From NCBI GenBank assembly GCA_023242925.1, contig CP096134.1, positions 1,201,944 through 1,265,943 on the forward strand: 64,000 nucleotides of DNA, in the 5' to 3' direction. The notes below the pieces were generated by a model that searched no databases, had not been told where the DNA came from, and was given only the letters and a program-made list of their open reading frames with translations. The DNA comes from Hyphomonadaceae bacterium JAD_PAG50586_4. Lineage in GTDB: Bacteria > Pseudomonadota > Alphaproteobacteria > Caulobacterales > Aquidulcibacteraceae. Position numbers and translations under genes: made by a program. Shown here piece by piece: positions 41,163 to 51,911 of the stretch (positions are counted from its first letter, which is position 1; each line of letters begins with the position of its first letter).

Positions 41163-42173
41163 ATGTCTTATATTGGCGCCACCAATTCGCTCGTTGACGT
41201 TGCAGGCCTCAGCGTCGGCTGCGCTGAGGATCACGGGGCGCTTACGGGTGTGACGGCGATCGTGCCTGACGGCCGTGTGGTCTGCGCCGTCGATGTGCGC
41301 GGCGGCGGGCCCGGCACGCGTGAGACGGATGCGTTGGCGGCTGAGAATTTGGTCGACGCTGTGGATGCAGTCGTGCTGGCGGGCGGCTCTGTCTATGGGC
41401 TCGCCGCCGCAGACGGTGTCGCGGCGCTGATGGGCGCGGAGGGGCGCGGCTATGGCTTGGTCGATCTGCCGGGCGTCCCGAAATCACCGGTGATACCAGC
41501 GGCAATCCTCTACGATCTCGCGAACGGTGGCGACAAAGCCTGGGGTCAAGCGCCGCCCTACAACGCGCTCGGTCGCGCCGCCTACGTTGCGCGTAGCAAG
41601 GGCGTGCCGCTTGGCAATGCCGGCGCGGGGCTGGGCGCTAAGGCTGGCGCGCTCAAGGGCGGGCAAGGCAGCGCGAGCATCGTGACGGCCGACGGCTTCA
41701 CGATTGCGGCGCTGGCGTGCGTCAATGCCTTCGGCTCAACCACGATGCCGGGCAGTCGCGCCTTCTGGGCGCATCCGTTCGAGATCGATGGCGAGTTCGG
41801 CGGCGTGCGCCCTGATGGGGTGCACGCGTTCGATATCGAGGATTGGGACGGCGCCAAGGCCAATCCTGCGCCGCGTGAGAATACGACGATTGCCTGTGTC
41901 GCCGTGGATGGCGATCTCACGCCAGCGGAATGCAAACGCATCGCGCAAATGGCGAGCGCCGGTTTGGCGCGCGCGATCCGTCCCGTGTTTGCGCCGTTCG
42001 ATGGCGACGTCGTGTTCGCGTTGGCGACAGCGGCGAAACCGGTCGCCGAACCGCGTGCTTTTGCGATTGCGCGCTTCGGCGCGCTCGCTGCGGATTGTTT
42101 GGCGCGTGCGGTGGCGCGCGGAATCTATGCGGCGACAAGCGTCGGCGCACACAAGGCCTGGCGCGATCTCTAA
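41163..42173 (+). CDS. Peptidase family S58 (DmpA/P1)
   Basis: VDVRGGGPGTRET, LAGGSVYGL, NTTIACV, GLARAI and PFDGDVVFALAT. Confidence 0.88.
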   Translation: MSYIGATNSLVDVAGLSVGCAEDHGALTGVTAIVPDGRVVCAVDVRGGGPGTRETDALAAENLVDAVDAVVLAGGSVYGLAAADGVAALMGAEGRGYGLVDLPGVPKSPVIPAAILYDLANGGDKAWGQAPPYNALGRAAYVARSKGVPLGNAGAGLGAKAGALKGGQGSASIVTADGFTIAALACVNAFGSTTMPGSRAFWAHPFEIDGEFGGVRPDGVHAFDIEDWDGAKANPAPRENTTIACVAVDGDLTPAECKRIAQMASAGLARAIRPVFAPFDGDVVFALATAAKPVAEPRAFAIARFGALAADCLARAVARGIYAATSVGAHKAWRDL

Positions 42174-42583
42174 ACTTGCTTGGCGCGCTTGGGGGCGGGC
42201 TTCTTCTTCTTCGACGCATTGAGCGCGGCCGCTTCATTGATCAGCGCTTTGAACGCCTTCTCGTTCAGCTTGTCGCCCTCGAAGATGTCGAGCGCGCGGC
42301 GGACATTGCCGTCGAGGCTCGCGTTGAAAAGGCCTGACGGGTCCTTGAGCGCCGCGCCCTTGGCGAAGGTGAGCTTCACTTTGTCTTTGTAGGTTTCGCC
42401 CGTGCACAGAATGCCGTCGTGCTCCCAGACGGGGACGTCCCATTTGCGCGTCTCGATCGCCTCGGGCACGGCGTCCTTGATGAGCTTGCGCACGTGCTCA
42501 AGCGCGTCGGAGCGCCAATCCTTTGCCGAGGCGCTCTTTGCGGCAGCCTTCTTCGGCGCGGCTTTCGTCTTGGTGACGCTCAT
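42170..42583 (-). CDS. DUF1801 (YdhG-like) protein with Lys/Ala-rich N-terminal tail
   Basis: KWDVPVW...GETYKDKVKLTFAKGAALKDPSGLFNASLDGNVRRALD. Confidence 0.85.
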   Translation of the reverse strand: MSVTKTKAAPKKAAAKSASAKDWRSDALEHVRKLIKDAVPEAIETRKWDVPVWEHDGILCTGETYKDKVKLTFAKGAALKDPSGLFNASLDGNVRRALDIFEGDKLNEKAFKALINEAAALNASKKKKPAPKRAKQV

Positions 42584-43067
42584 AGCTTCTCTCCCGGCAG
42601 CTTGCTGGCCTGCTTTACCCACGCGCTGAATTGCTTTTCGTCGAGTTCGCCGTCGTAGATGTCGAGGTAGCGCACGTTCTTCTGCTTGGAGGCGCCGGGC
42701 GGGATGGGCCTCAGTGAAGCGCCGTCGAAGAACGCCACCTTGATGTATTTGGCGAAGACGTGAAAACTCATGAAATAGCGTCCTTCCTCGACGCCGTAAA
42801 AGGGCGAATTCCACTTCACCGCCTTCAGCACTTTCGGCACGGTCCTCGTGATCAGCGTATCGAGCTTGGCGCCGACTGCGCTTTTCCAACCCGGCATCGC
42901 CGCGATGTATGCTTGCACCGGTTCGTCGCCATAGCCTTTGGCAATTTGCGGATTGCCGCCGGACAGGAGTTTCGGTGCGCCGCTCATTTTCGCTGCGCCC
43001 TTGGGTGGCGGCGCCTTGTTTGCGGCGGCTTTCTTTTGGGCGCGGCCTTCTTGGCAGTCTTTGCCAT
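42580..43067 (-). CDS. DUF1801 protein with Lys/Ala-rich N-terminal tail; frameshift near 43035
   Basis: LLSGGNPQIAKG and AVKWNSPFYG. One added A joins MAKTAKKAAPK to KAAANKAPPPKGAAK-MSGAPK. Confidence 0.8.
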
Positions 43068-43069
43068 GT

Positions 43070-43273
43070 TTACGCTCCAGTGCGCCGTTTCGACAGGTAG
43101 GGCTGCACGTAGAGATAGATGCCGCTCAGCGCCAGGAAAGCGAGCGGAAGCAGCGGCGCGTATGACATCCACATGATCGGCTGGGCTTGCGCCAGCGCGA
43201 TCGTCGTCGCGATCACGCTCAGCACGAAGAAGGCGGACACCCAGCGATGGAACTGACGAATGAACTTGCTCAC
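43070..43273 (-). CDS. Small two-TM membrane protein
   Basis: MSKFIRQFHRWVSAFF...LSGIYLYVQPY, resembling a PepSY-TM-like HRW motif. Confidence 0.7.
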   Translation of the reverse strand: MSKFIRQFHRWVSAFFVLSVIATTIALAQAQPIMWMSYAPLLPLAFLALSGIYLYVQPYLSKRRTGA

Positions 43274-43314
43274 GCGGATCTCCCTGGTCGGGGCATAATG
43301 TTGTGCGTACATCT

Positions 43315-43716
43315 TCAGCCCTGGATCATCTTCCAGGCATTGCCCGAGGGATCGCGGAAATTGGCGTCGACGCCGCCGAAACGCGCGATCGGCTCTTGCG
43401 TGAACTCAACGCCTTTGGCGCGAAGTGTGTCGTAAGCCGCGCGACAATCTTCGACGATGAGCACGAGCGGCGGCATCGCGCCCTTGGCCACCATTTCGCG
43501 CATCGTTTGCGCGGTCGCTGCGTCCAGCACAGGCTCCTGCGGCACGAAGAGGCCGAGTTCGAACGAGGGCTGATTGGGGTGCTTGATCGTCAGCCAACGG
43601 TAATTGCCGTTGCGATGATCGGCATGGACCGTGAAGCCCAATGTGTTGACGTAGAAATCCAGCGCCTCGTCCTGGTCGTGCACGTAGAGGCCGAAAACGC
43701 CGATACCTTTGCTCAT
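43315..43716 (-). CDS. VOC/glyoxalase family protein
   Basis: LYVHDQDEALDFY, YRWLTI and FRDPSGN; SD AGGAG. Confidence 0.9.
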   Translation of the reverse strand: MSKGIGVFGLYVHDQDEALDFYVNTLGFTVHADHRNGNYRWLTIKHPNQPSFELGLFVPQEPVLDAATAQTMREMVAKGAMPPLVLIVEDCRAAYDTLRAKGVEFTQEPIARFGGVDANFRDPSGNAWKMIQG

Positions 43717-44209
43717 GACGATGTCTCCTTGTCATCTGAGCTGCTTTTATCGGCGCCTCCTGGCGGCGCTTCTCCGAAACTGCGGTTTTGAGATTGGGGC
43801 GATAAGCTGCGCTGACAAAGCAGTGCGGAACCTGATCGAGGCTATGGGCGCTGGCCTGCTCTCGCGCGCGCAATTCCGTGGGGCTATCGCCTGTGACGTC
43901 CTTAAAGACACGGCCAAACGTGCCAAGGCTGCCCCAACCCGTCTCAAAAGCGATCTCGATGACGGGCATCTCGGTGTCGCGCAGCATGGCCTTGGCCCGT
44001 TCGATGCGGCGCGTCAGCAAGTAACGATGCGGCGGCATGCCGAAGGCGTCCTTGAACGAGCGGGCGAAATGCGCCTGCGAGACGCCGCTGACATCGGCCA
44101 GCCGCTTGACCGGCCATTCCTCATGCGAAGCCGCGTCCATGCGATCCTTGGCGCGGAGCAGGCGGCGCAGCAGGGCGGGATCTTGGCAAACGCGTCCGTT
44201 CGAGGCCAT
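43713..44209 (-). CDS. AraC family regulator (HTH only); frameshift near 43760
   Basis: SQAHFARSFK...PHRYLLTRRIERA...SLGTFGRVF. A shifted frame ends DKETSS* overlapping the VOC ATG. Confidence 0.85.
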
Positions 44210-44278
44210 GCGACCGATCAAGGTTCGCCGGCGCCCGCCGTCAAGCGCTCACGTTTCGATTGGCCCAATTAAGGAGAA

Positions 44279-44355
44279 TGGCGCGCCCGAAGAGATCTGA
44301 ACTCCTGACCCCCAGATTCGTAGTCTGGTGCTCTATCCAGCTGAGCTACGGGCGC
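44279..44355 (-). tRNA. tRNA-Arg(ACG)
   Basis: GCGCCCGTAGCTCAGCTGGATAGAGCACCAGACTACGAATCTGGGGGTCAGGAGTTCAGATCTCTTCGGGCGCGCCA: 77 nt, anticodon ACG, encoded CCA. The T-loop reads TTCAGAT. Confidence 0.92.
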
Positions 44356-44522
44356 GAAGGCGGGGGCATAGCTGGTGGCGACGGCGTTTGCAAGGCGACC
44401 TTTTCAGGCTTGAGGCGGAAATGGCATTCGCCAAAGCGGTGTGCGCGGGGATTGGTCGATAATGCCACTCAATGAGGTTTTAAATTGCCTGCAACGCACT
44501 AAATACGGCAATATTATCCCTC

Positions 44523-44548
44523 TGATTTGATCCTTGTTGCACAAATCA
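44523..44548. promoter_or_regulatory. Inverted repeat upstream of the DUF885-ldh-bkd operon
   Basis: TGATTTG-N12-CAAATCA. Confidence 0.3.
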
Positions 44549-44622
44549 CGCCTTTGTGCTCTTGGCCGGGAAACAATAGCGACGGCTGTCTTCGCAGCGG
44601 CCGTTGGGAGCGAACATCCGCC

Positions 44623-46406
44623 ATGATCTCAAATCGCCGCCGGGTCATTACAGCACTCGGCTCCACCATGCTTGCGCCTCTGGTGGCCGCGCCCGCTTGG
44701 GCGCAAACGCGCAGTCGCGCGGATCGCGCATTCGAAGCTTTGGGCCGTCGCTGGCTCGATCGCTCGCTGCGGCTTTCGCCGATCAATGCAACGACGACCG
44801 GCGATCACCGCTTCGATCACCTCCTCGATGACGTGAGCGCATCCGGGCGCGCCGCGAGCCTGCGCTTTGCGCGCGAAACGCTGGACGCGCTCGAAGCGAT
44901 CGATGCCAGCCAGCTCTCACGCGCGAACCAAGTCGATGCGCTGATCCTTGGCAATTCGCTCCGTGCGCAGATTTGGCAGACGGAAACCTGGCGGAATTGG
45001 GCGTGGAATCCGCTGGGCTACCAATCGCTCGCGGGTGGCGCGCTTTACGGTTTGATGGCGCGCGAGTTCGCGCCGTTGCCGCAGCGTTTGGAATCTGCGA
45101 CTGCGCGGATGGAGCGTTTGCCGACTTTGCTGGCGCAAGCGCGCAGCGAGTTGCAGCCCGCGCGCGTGCCTGCGCCGCACGCCGCCATGTACGCCGCGCA
45201 GAATCCGGGCCTGAAGAGCATCGTCACTGACATGATCGAGCCGCACAAGGGCGTGCTCAATGCGCGTAAGCGTGCGCGTCTTGAGGGGGCGATCGTGACG
45301 TTCAACGCAGCAGTCGATGAGCATCAAGCCTGGATCGTCAGCACGCTCGTGCCAGCGGCGCAGGCGGAATTCCGCGCCGGCGCTGAAGTGTTCGACACGC
45401 AATTGCGCTTCACGCTGCAATCGGATCTGACGCGCGCCGAAATCCGGCGTCGCGCTGATGCGGCCGTCATCAGTGTGCGCGAGGAGATGTATCGGGTGTC
45501 TAAGCTGGCGCTGGCCGACCGCGCCGAGGCGCCGGCGACACCCGACGCGCCTTCGCCGGAGCAGCAGCAAGCCGCGATCCGCGCAGCACTCGATCTGGCC
45601 GCCGCTGATCGCCCTGCACGCGATCGTGTCGTGCAGATCGCGACCGAAGGTGTGGAGGAAGCGCGTCGTTTCGTGGTTGAGCGCAATCTCATCACCGTGC
45701 CGGAAGGCCCAGTGCGGGTGATCGATATGCCGGAATTCCAACGTGGGGTCGCTGTTGCGTATTGCGACTCGCCCGGCCCTCTCGAACAGCATCTCGATAC
45801 GTTCTACGCGGTCTCGCCGATCCCGGACGATTGGACCGAAGAGCAGGCGACGTCGTTCTTGCGTGAGTACAACATACGCCAATTGCTCGATGTATCTGTG
45901 CACGAGGCGATGCCGGGCCATTACACGCAAATCTGGCATTCGAACCGCTATCCCTCGACGTTGCGCGCGGTGCTGGGCTCTGGTTCGTTCGTCGAGGGCT
46001 GGGCGGTCTATGCGGAAGAGCTGATGGTGGAAGAAGGTTTCCGCCGCGACGATCCGCTGTTTTGTCTGTCGCAGTTGAAGATGCAATTGCGCTCGATTGC
46101 CAACGCCATCATCGATCAGGCCATCCACGTTGATGGCATGAGCCAAGAGGAGATGATGCACTTCCTGACGCATACGGCGTTCCAGGAAGAGCGCGAGGCG
46201 GCGGGCAAGTGGCGTCGCGCCCAACTCTCGGTCACGCAACTTTCGACCTATTTCGTGGGCTTCCAGGAGCATCTGGAAACCCGCGTCGCCGCGCGCGCTG
46301 CGTGGGGCGGCCAATTTAATCTCAAGCGTTATCACGACGGCGTACTGGCGTTCGGCTCACCGCCGTGCCGCTTTGCACGCCAATTGCTGCTGGATGAACC
46401 GATCCA

Positions 46407-46410
<4 letters not shown>
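44623..46410 (+). CDS. DUF885 family protein with Tat-like signal
   Basis: SNRRRVITALG twin-Arg leader; HEAMPGHYTQ and FVEGWAVYAE motifs; QLSTYFVG. Confidence 0.9.
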
Positions 46411-48680
<2,270 letters not shown>

Positions 48681-48684
48681 TCAG

Positions 48685-49698
48685 ATGGCCACGATGACCA
48701 TGATCCAGGCGCTCAATTCAGCGCTCGACACCATGATGGCGCGCGATTCACGCGTGCTCACCTTCGGCGAAGACGTTGGCTACTTTGGCGGCGTCTTCAA
48801 AGTGACGGAGCACCTGCAGGAAAAGTACGGCGCCAAGCGCTGTTTCGATGCGCCGATCAACGAATGCGGCATCGCCGGCACGGCGATTGGCATGGCCGTC
48901 TATGGCCTGCGCCCTGTGATCGAAATCCAGTTCGCGGATTATATGTATCCCGCCTACGACCAGCTGGTCTCGGAAGCGGCGCGCATACGCTATCGCTCGG
49001 CCAATGACTTCACCGTGCCGATGACGGTGCGCATGCCTTATGGCGGCGGCATTTATGGCGGCCAAACGCACAGCCAAAGCCCGGAAGCTCTGTTCACGCA
49101 CGTTGCGGGTTTGAAGACGGTGATCCCGGCGACGCCGTATGATGCGAAGGGTTTGTTGATCAGCGCGATTGAGGACGACGATCCGGTGATCTTTCTTGAG
49201 CCGAAGCGCGTCTATAACGGCCCATTCGACGGCCGCCGCGATCGCCCGGTGATCCCCTGGTCGAAGCACCCGGCCAGCGAAGTGCCGGAGGGCTATTACA
49301 AGATCCCGCTCGGCAAGGCGAATATCGTGCGCGAAGGGTCGGAGATGACGATCCTCTCCTACGGCACGATGGTGCACGTGGCGCTGGCCGCCACCGAGGA
49401 TAGCGGCATCGACGCTGAAGTGATCGATCTGCGCACGCTGCTGCCTGTTGATATCGAGGCGATCAAGACGTCGGTTCAAAAAACCGGCCGTTGCGTGATC
49501 TTGCACGAAGCCACACGCACCTCCGGCTATGGCGCGGAACTCGCGGCTCTCGTGCAGGAACATTGCTTTTATCATCTCGAAGCGCCCATCGAACGCGTTA
49601 CGGGCTTTGACACGCCCTATCCGCACGCGCTCGAATGGGAGTATTTCCCAACCCCGCCGCGCATCATCAAAGCCATGCGCCGCGCGATGGAGGCGTAA
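48685..49698 (+). CDS. bkdA2: Branched-chain 2-oxoacid dehydrogenase E1 beta
   Basis: FGEDVGYFGGVF, EIQFADY, HSQSPE and EVIDLRTL. Confidence 0.95.
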   Translation: MATMTMIQALNSALDTMMARDSRVLTFGEDVGYFGGVFKVTEHLQEKYGAKRCFDAPINECGIAGTAIGMAVYGLRPVIEIQFADYMYPAYDQLVSEAARIRYRSANDFTVPMTVRMPYGGGIYGGQTHSQSPEALFTHVAGLKTVIPATPYDAKGLLISAIEDDDPVIFLEPKRVYNGPFDGRRDRPVIPWSKHPASEVPEGYYKIPLGKANIVREGSEMTILSYGTMVHVALAATEDSGIDAEVIDLRTLLPVDIEAIKTSVQKTGRCVILHEATRTSGYGAELAALVQEHCFYHLEAPIERVTGFDTPYPHALEWEYFPTPPRIIKAMRRAMEA

Positions 49699-49703
49699 GG
49701 GTT

Positions 49704-51155
49704 ATGGGCCAGTACGTATTCAAGCTGCCGGACGTGGGTGAAGGTACGGCTGAGGCCGAGATCGTCGCCTGGCACGTGCGCGTGGGCGACATGGTCAAAG
49801 AAGACGCCCCGCTCGTTGACGTGATGACGGATAAGGCGACGGTCGAGATGACCGCGCCAGTCAGCGGCAAGATCGTCGAGATCAATGGCGAGCCGGGCGA
49901 CATGGCCGCCGTTGGTTCTGCGATCGTGGTGTTTGAGACGGATGCTGCTGACCTTGGACCGACGGCGTCCTCGCCGTCGACCCAGGTTCAGCCGCCGCAA
50001 AAACCCGCCGGCGAGACGCAGGCGGTCCAAGAGGCGCCGGCGCAAGTGGCGAACAGCAACGGCGTAGCGCCGCCGCCAGCCGCCGCGAGCGAACCCAAGC
50101 CGCGCATCAGAGCGCCGGCCGGAGCTGTGTGGAGCGAAGAAGCCGTGCAAGCGGCGATGGGCGCCAGGTCTGCTGTGCCGACAGCGTCCACCCCGGTTGG
50201 CAAATCATCACAGCCCGCGCCGAAGCCATCGCAAGCGGTGGCGCGCGCGGATCTGCGTGAACCCGCTGTGCGCGAATGGGGCAACGCGCTGGCCTCGCCC
50301 GCCGTGCGCGCGCGTGCGCAAAAACTCGGGATCGATCTCGGCCAAATTCGCGGCACTGGCCCGGACGGGCGTATCTCGCATGAAGATTTGGACGCGGTGC
50401 TTGTGCCCGCAACCGGCGCGCGCGGCGGTGGTTCGTCAGCGTTGGCCGTGAAGAATGGCGTCGAGCCGGTGAAGGTGATTGGCCTACGCCGCAAGATCGC
50501 GGAGAAGATGCAAGACGCCAAGCGCCGCATTCCGCACTTCGCTTATGTCGAAGAATGCGATCTCACCGAACTTGAAGAACTCCGTGCGCATCTGAACGCG
50601 ACCAAGCGCAATGATCAGCCGAAGCTGACAATGCTGCCGTTCCTGATGCGCGCGCTCGTGCTCGCATTGCCGGATTTCCCGCAGATCAATGCGCGCTACG
50701 ATGACGAGCAGGGCGTCGTCTATCGCCATGATAACGTCGATATCGGCATCGCCACGCAAACTGATAACGGCCTGATCGTGCCGGTCGTACGTCACGCCGA
50801 AGCGCGCGACGTGTGGGATTCCGCGACAGAAGTTTCGCGCCTCGCCGCCGCTGTGCGCAACAACAGCGCCGGCAAAGACGAACTCTCCGGTTCCACCATC
50901 ACGATCACGTCGCTGGGCGCGCTCGGCGGCATCGTCACGACGCCGGTGATCAATCACCCTGAAGTCGCGATCATCGGCGTGAACAAGCTGGTCGAGCGCC
51001 CGGTCGTGAAGAACGGCCAGATCGTGGTCCGCAAGATGATGAATCTCAGCTCGTCCTTCGATCACCGCGTCGTCGATGGCTATGACGCCGCCGCCTTCAT
51101 CCAACGCGTGAAGGGCCTGCTGGAGCATCCCGCCGCGCTGTTCATCGAGCGCTGA
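49704..51155 (+). CDS. bkdB: Dihydrolipoamide acyltransferase E2
   Basis: Lipoyl domain VMTDKATVE; E3-binding ASPAVRARA...GTGPDGRI; catalytic SFDHRVVDG. Confidence 0.95.
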   Translation: MGQYVFKLPDVGEGTAEAEIVAWHVRVGDMVKEDAPLVDVMTDKATVEMTAPVSGKIVEINGEPGDMAAVGSAIVVFETDAADLGPTASSPSTQVQPPQKPAGETQAVQEAPAQVANSNGVAPPPAAASEPKPRIRAPAGAVWSEEAVQAAMGARSAVPTASTPVGKSSQPAPKPSQAVARADLREPAVREWGNALASPAVRARAQKLGIDLGQIRGTGPDGRISHEDLDAVLVPATGARGGGSSALAVKNGVEPVKVIGLRRKIAEKMQDAKRRIPHFAYVEECDLTELEELRAHLNATKRNDQPKLTMLPFLMRALVLALPDFPQINARYDDEQGVVYRHDNVDIGIATQTDNGLIVPVVRHAEARDVWDSATEVSRLAAAVRNNSAGKDELSGSTITITSLGALGGIVTTPVINHPEVAIIGVNKLVERPVVKNGQIVVRKMMNLSSSFDHRVVDGYDAAAFIQRVKGLLEHPAALFIER

Positions 51156-51212
51156 GGACGACTTGCATCCATCTGCGAGCAGTGCGCTCCTTCCGTCACT
51201 GGACTGGGGCCT

Positions 51213-51767
51213 GTGATGTTGCGCCATTCGATTTTTGTGATTGCCGCCGCCACTCTGCTCTGTGGTGAAGCCGTAGCGTGTTCGATCCGTCCGCCGGTGC
51301 AGGACGTGCCGCTCGTCGGTGAGACTGCGGAGGCGTTCCAGCAGCGTGTCGAAGCGCGCCGTGCGCAGGAGGAAGCGGACCGCCAAGCGCGGCTGATCGC
51401 GTTTCAACGCCAGACCTGGGAAGAGGCTTCATCGGTCGTCATCGCCCGCGTAGTGCGCAGGGAAGAGGCCGTGCCGCTGCGTAACGATTATGGCGAAGTG
51501 TACGGGCGGTCACCGCGCACGCACTTGCGCGTGGTGCGCTGGCTGAAGGGGCAAGCGCGCGGGCGCCCAAGCTTCAGCGTGCGCTACGCTGGTCTAACCA
51601 GTTGCGGGCCCTTTGGCGGCGGCGATGCGGTCGATGGCGCGCTAGGTCAGGATTTTGTGGTGTTCCTGAGTGCGGGAAGACTGCGCGAGAGCCGGGTCAT
51701 CAATTCGCTCGCGCCCGATCGCGTGATAGTGCCCGAACTTCGTGACGTGCTGACCGCCTCGAATTGA
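51213..51767 (+). CDS. Secreted protein, TIMP/NTR-like
   Basis: Signal peptide ending AVA followed by mature Cys-Ser; ASSVVIARV, VRWLKG, TSCG and GQDFVVF. Confidence 0.6.
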   Translation: MMLRHSIFVIAAATLLCGEAVACSIRPPVQDVPLVGETAEAFQQRVEARRAQEEADRQARLIAFQRQTWEEASSVVIARVVRREEAVPLRNDYGEVYGRSPRTHLRVVRWLKGQARGRPSFSVRYAGLTSCGPFGGGDAVDGALGQDFVVFLSAGRLRESRVINSLAPDRVIVPELRDVLTASN

Positions 51768-51911
51768 GTGTCCGCACCCAAGCGCGTGTTTTTACGACGA
51801 ATTTCCCATCACTCCCCATTCACGTGACCGGCGTCATCTTCCCGTCGCGTCCTTAAGCGCCTAATAGAGGCGCAAGGGACGACTTGTGCAGAAGGCTTAA
51901 GGGGCGCGGCG

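Noticed and set aside
43406-44221. 271-aa AraC ORF overlapping the VOC gene
   Set aside because: Read-through after an indel. The shifted frame ends at the VOC start with an ATGA overlap.
42170-44355. tRNA-Arg-integrated genomic island
   Set aside because: No integrase, and I could not find a duplicated tRNA 3' end (att site). Kept only as an operon-level finding.
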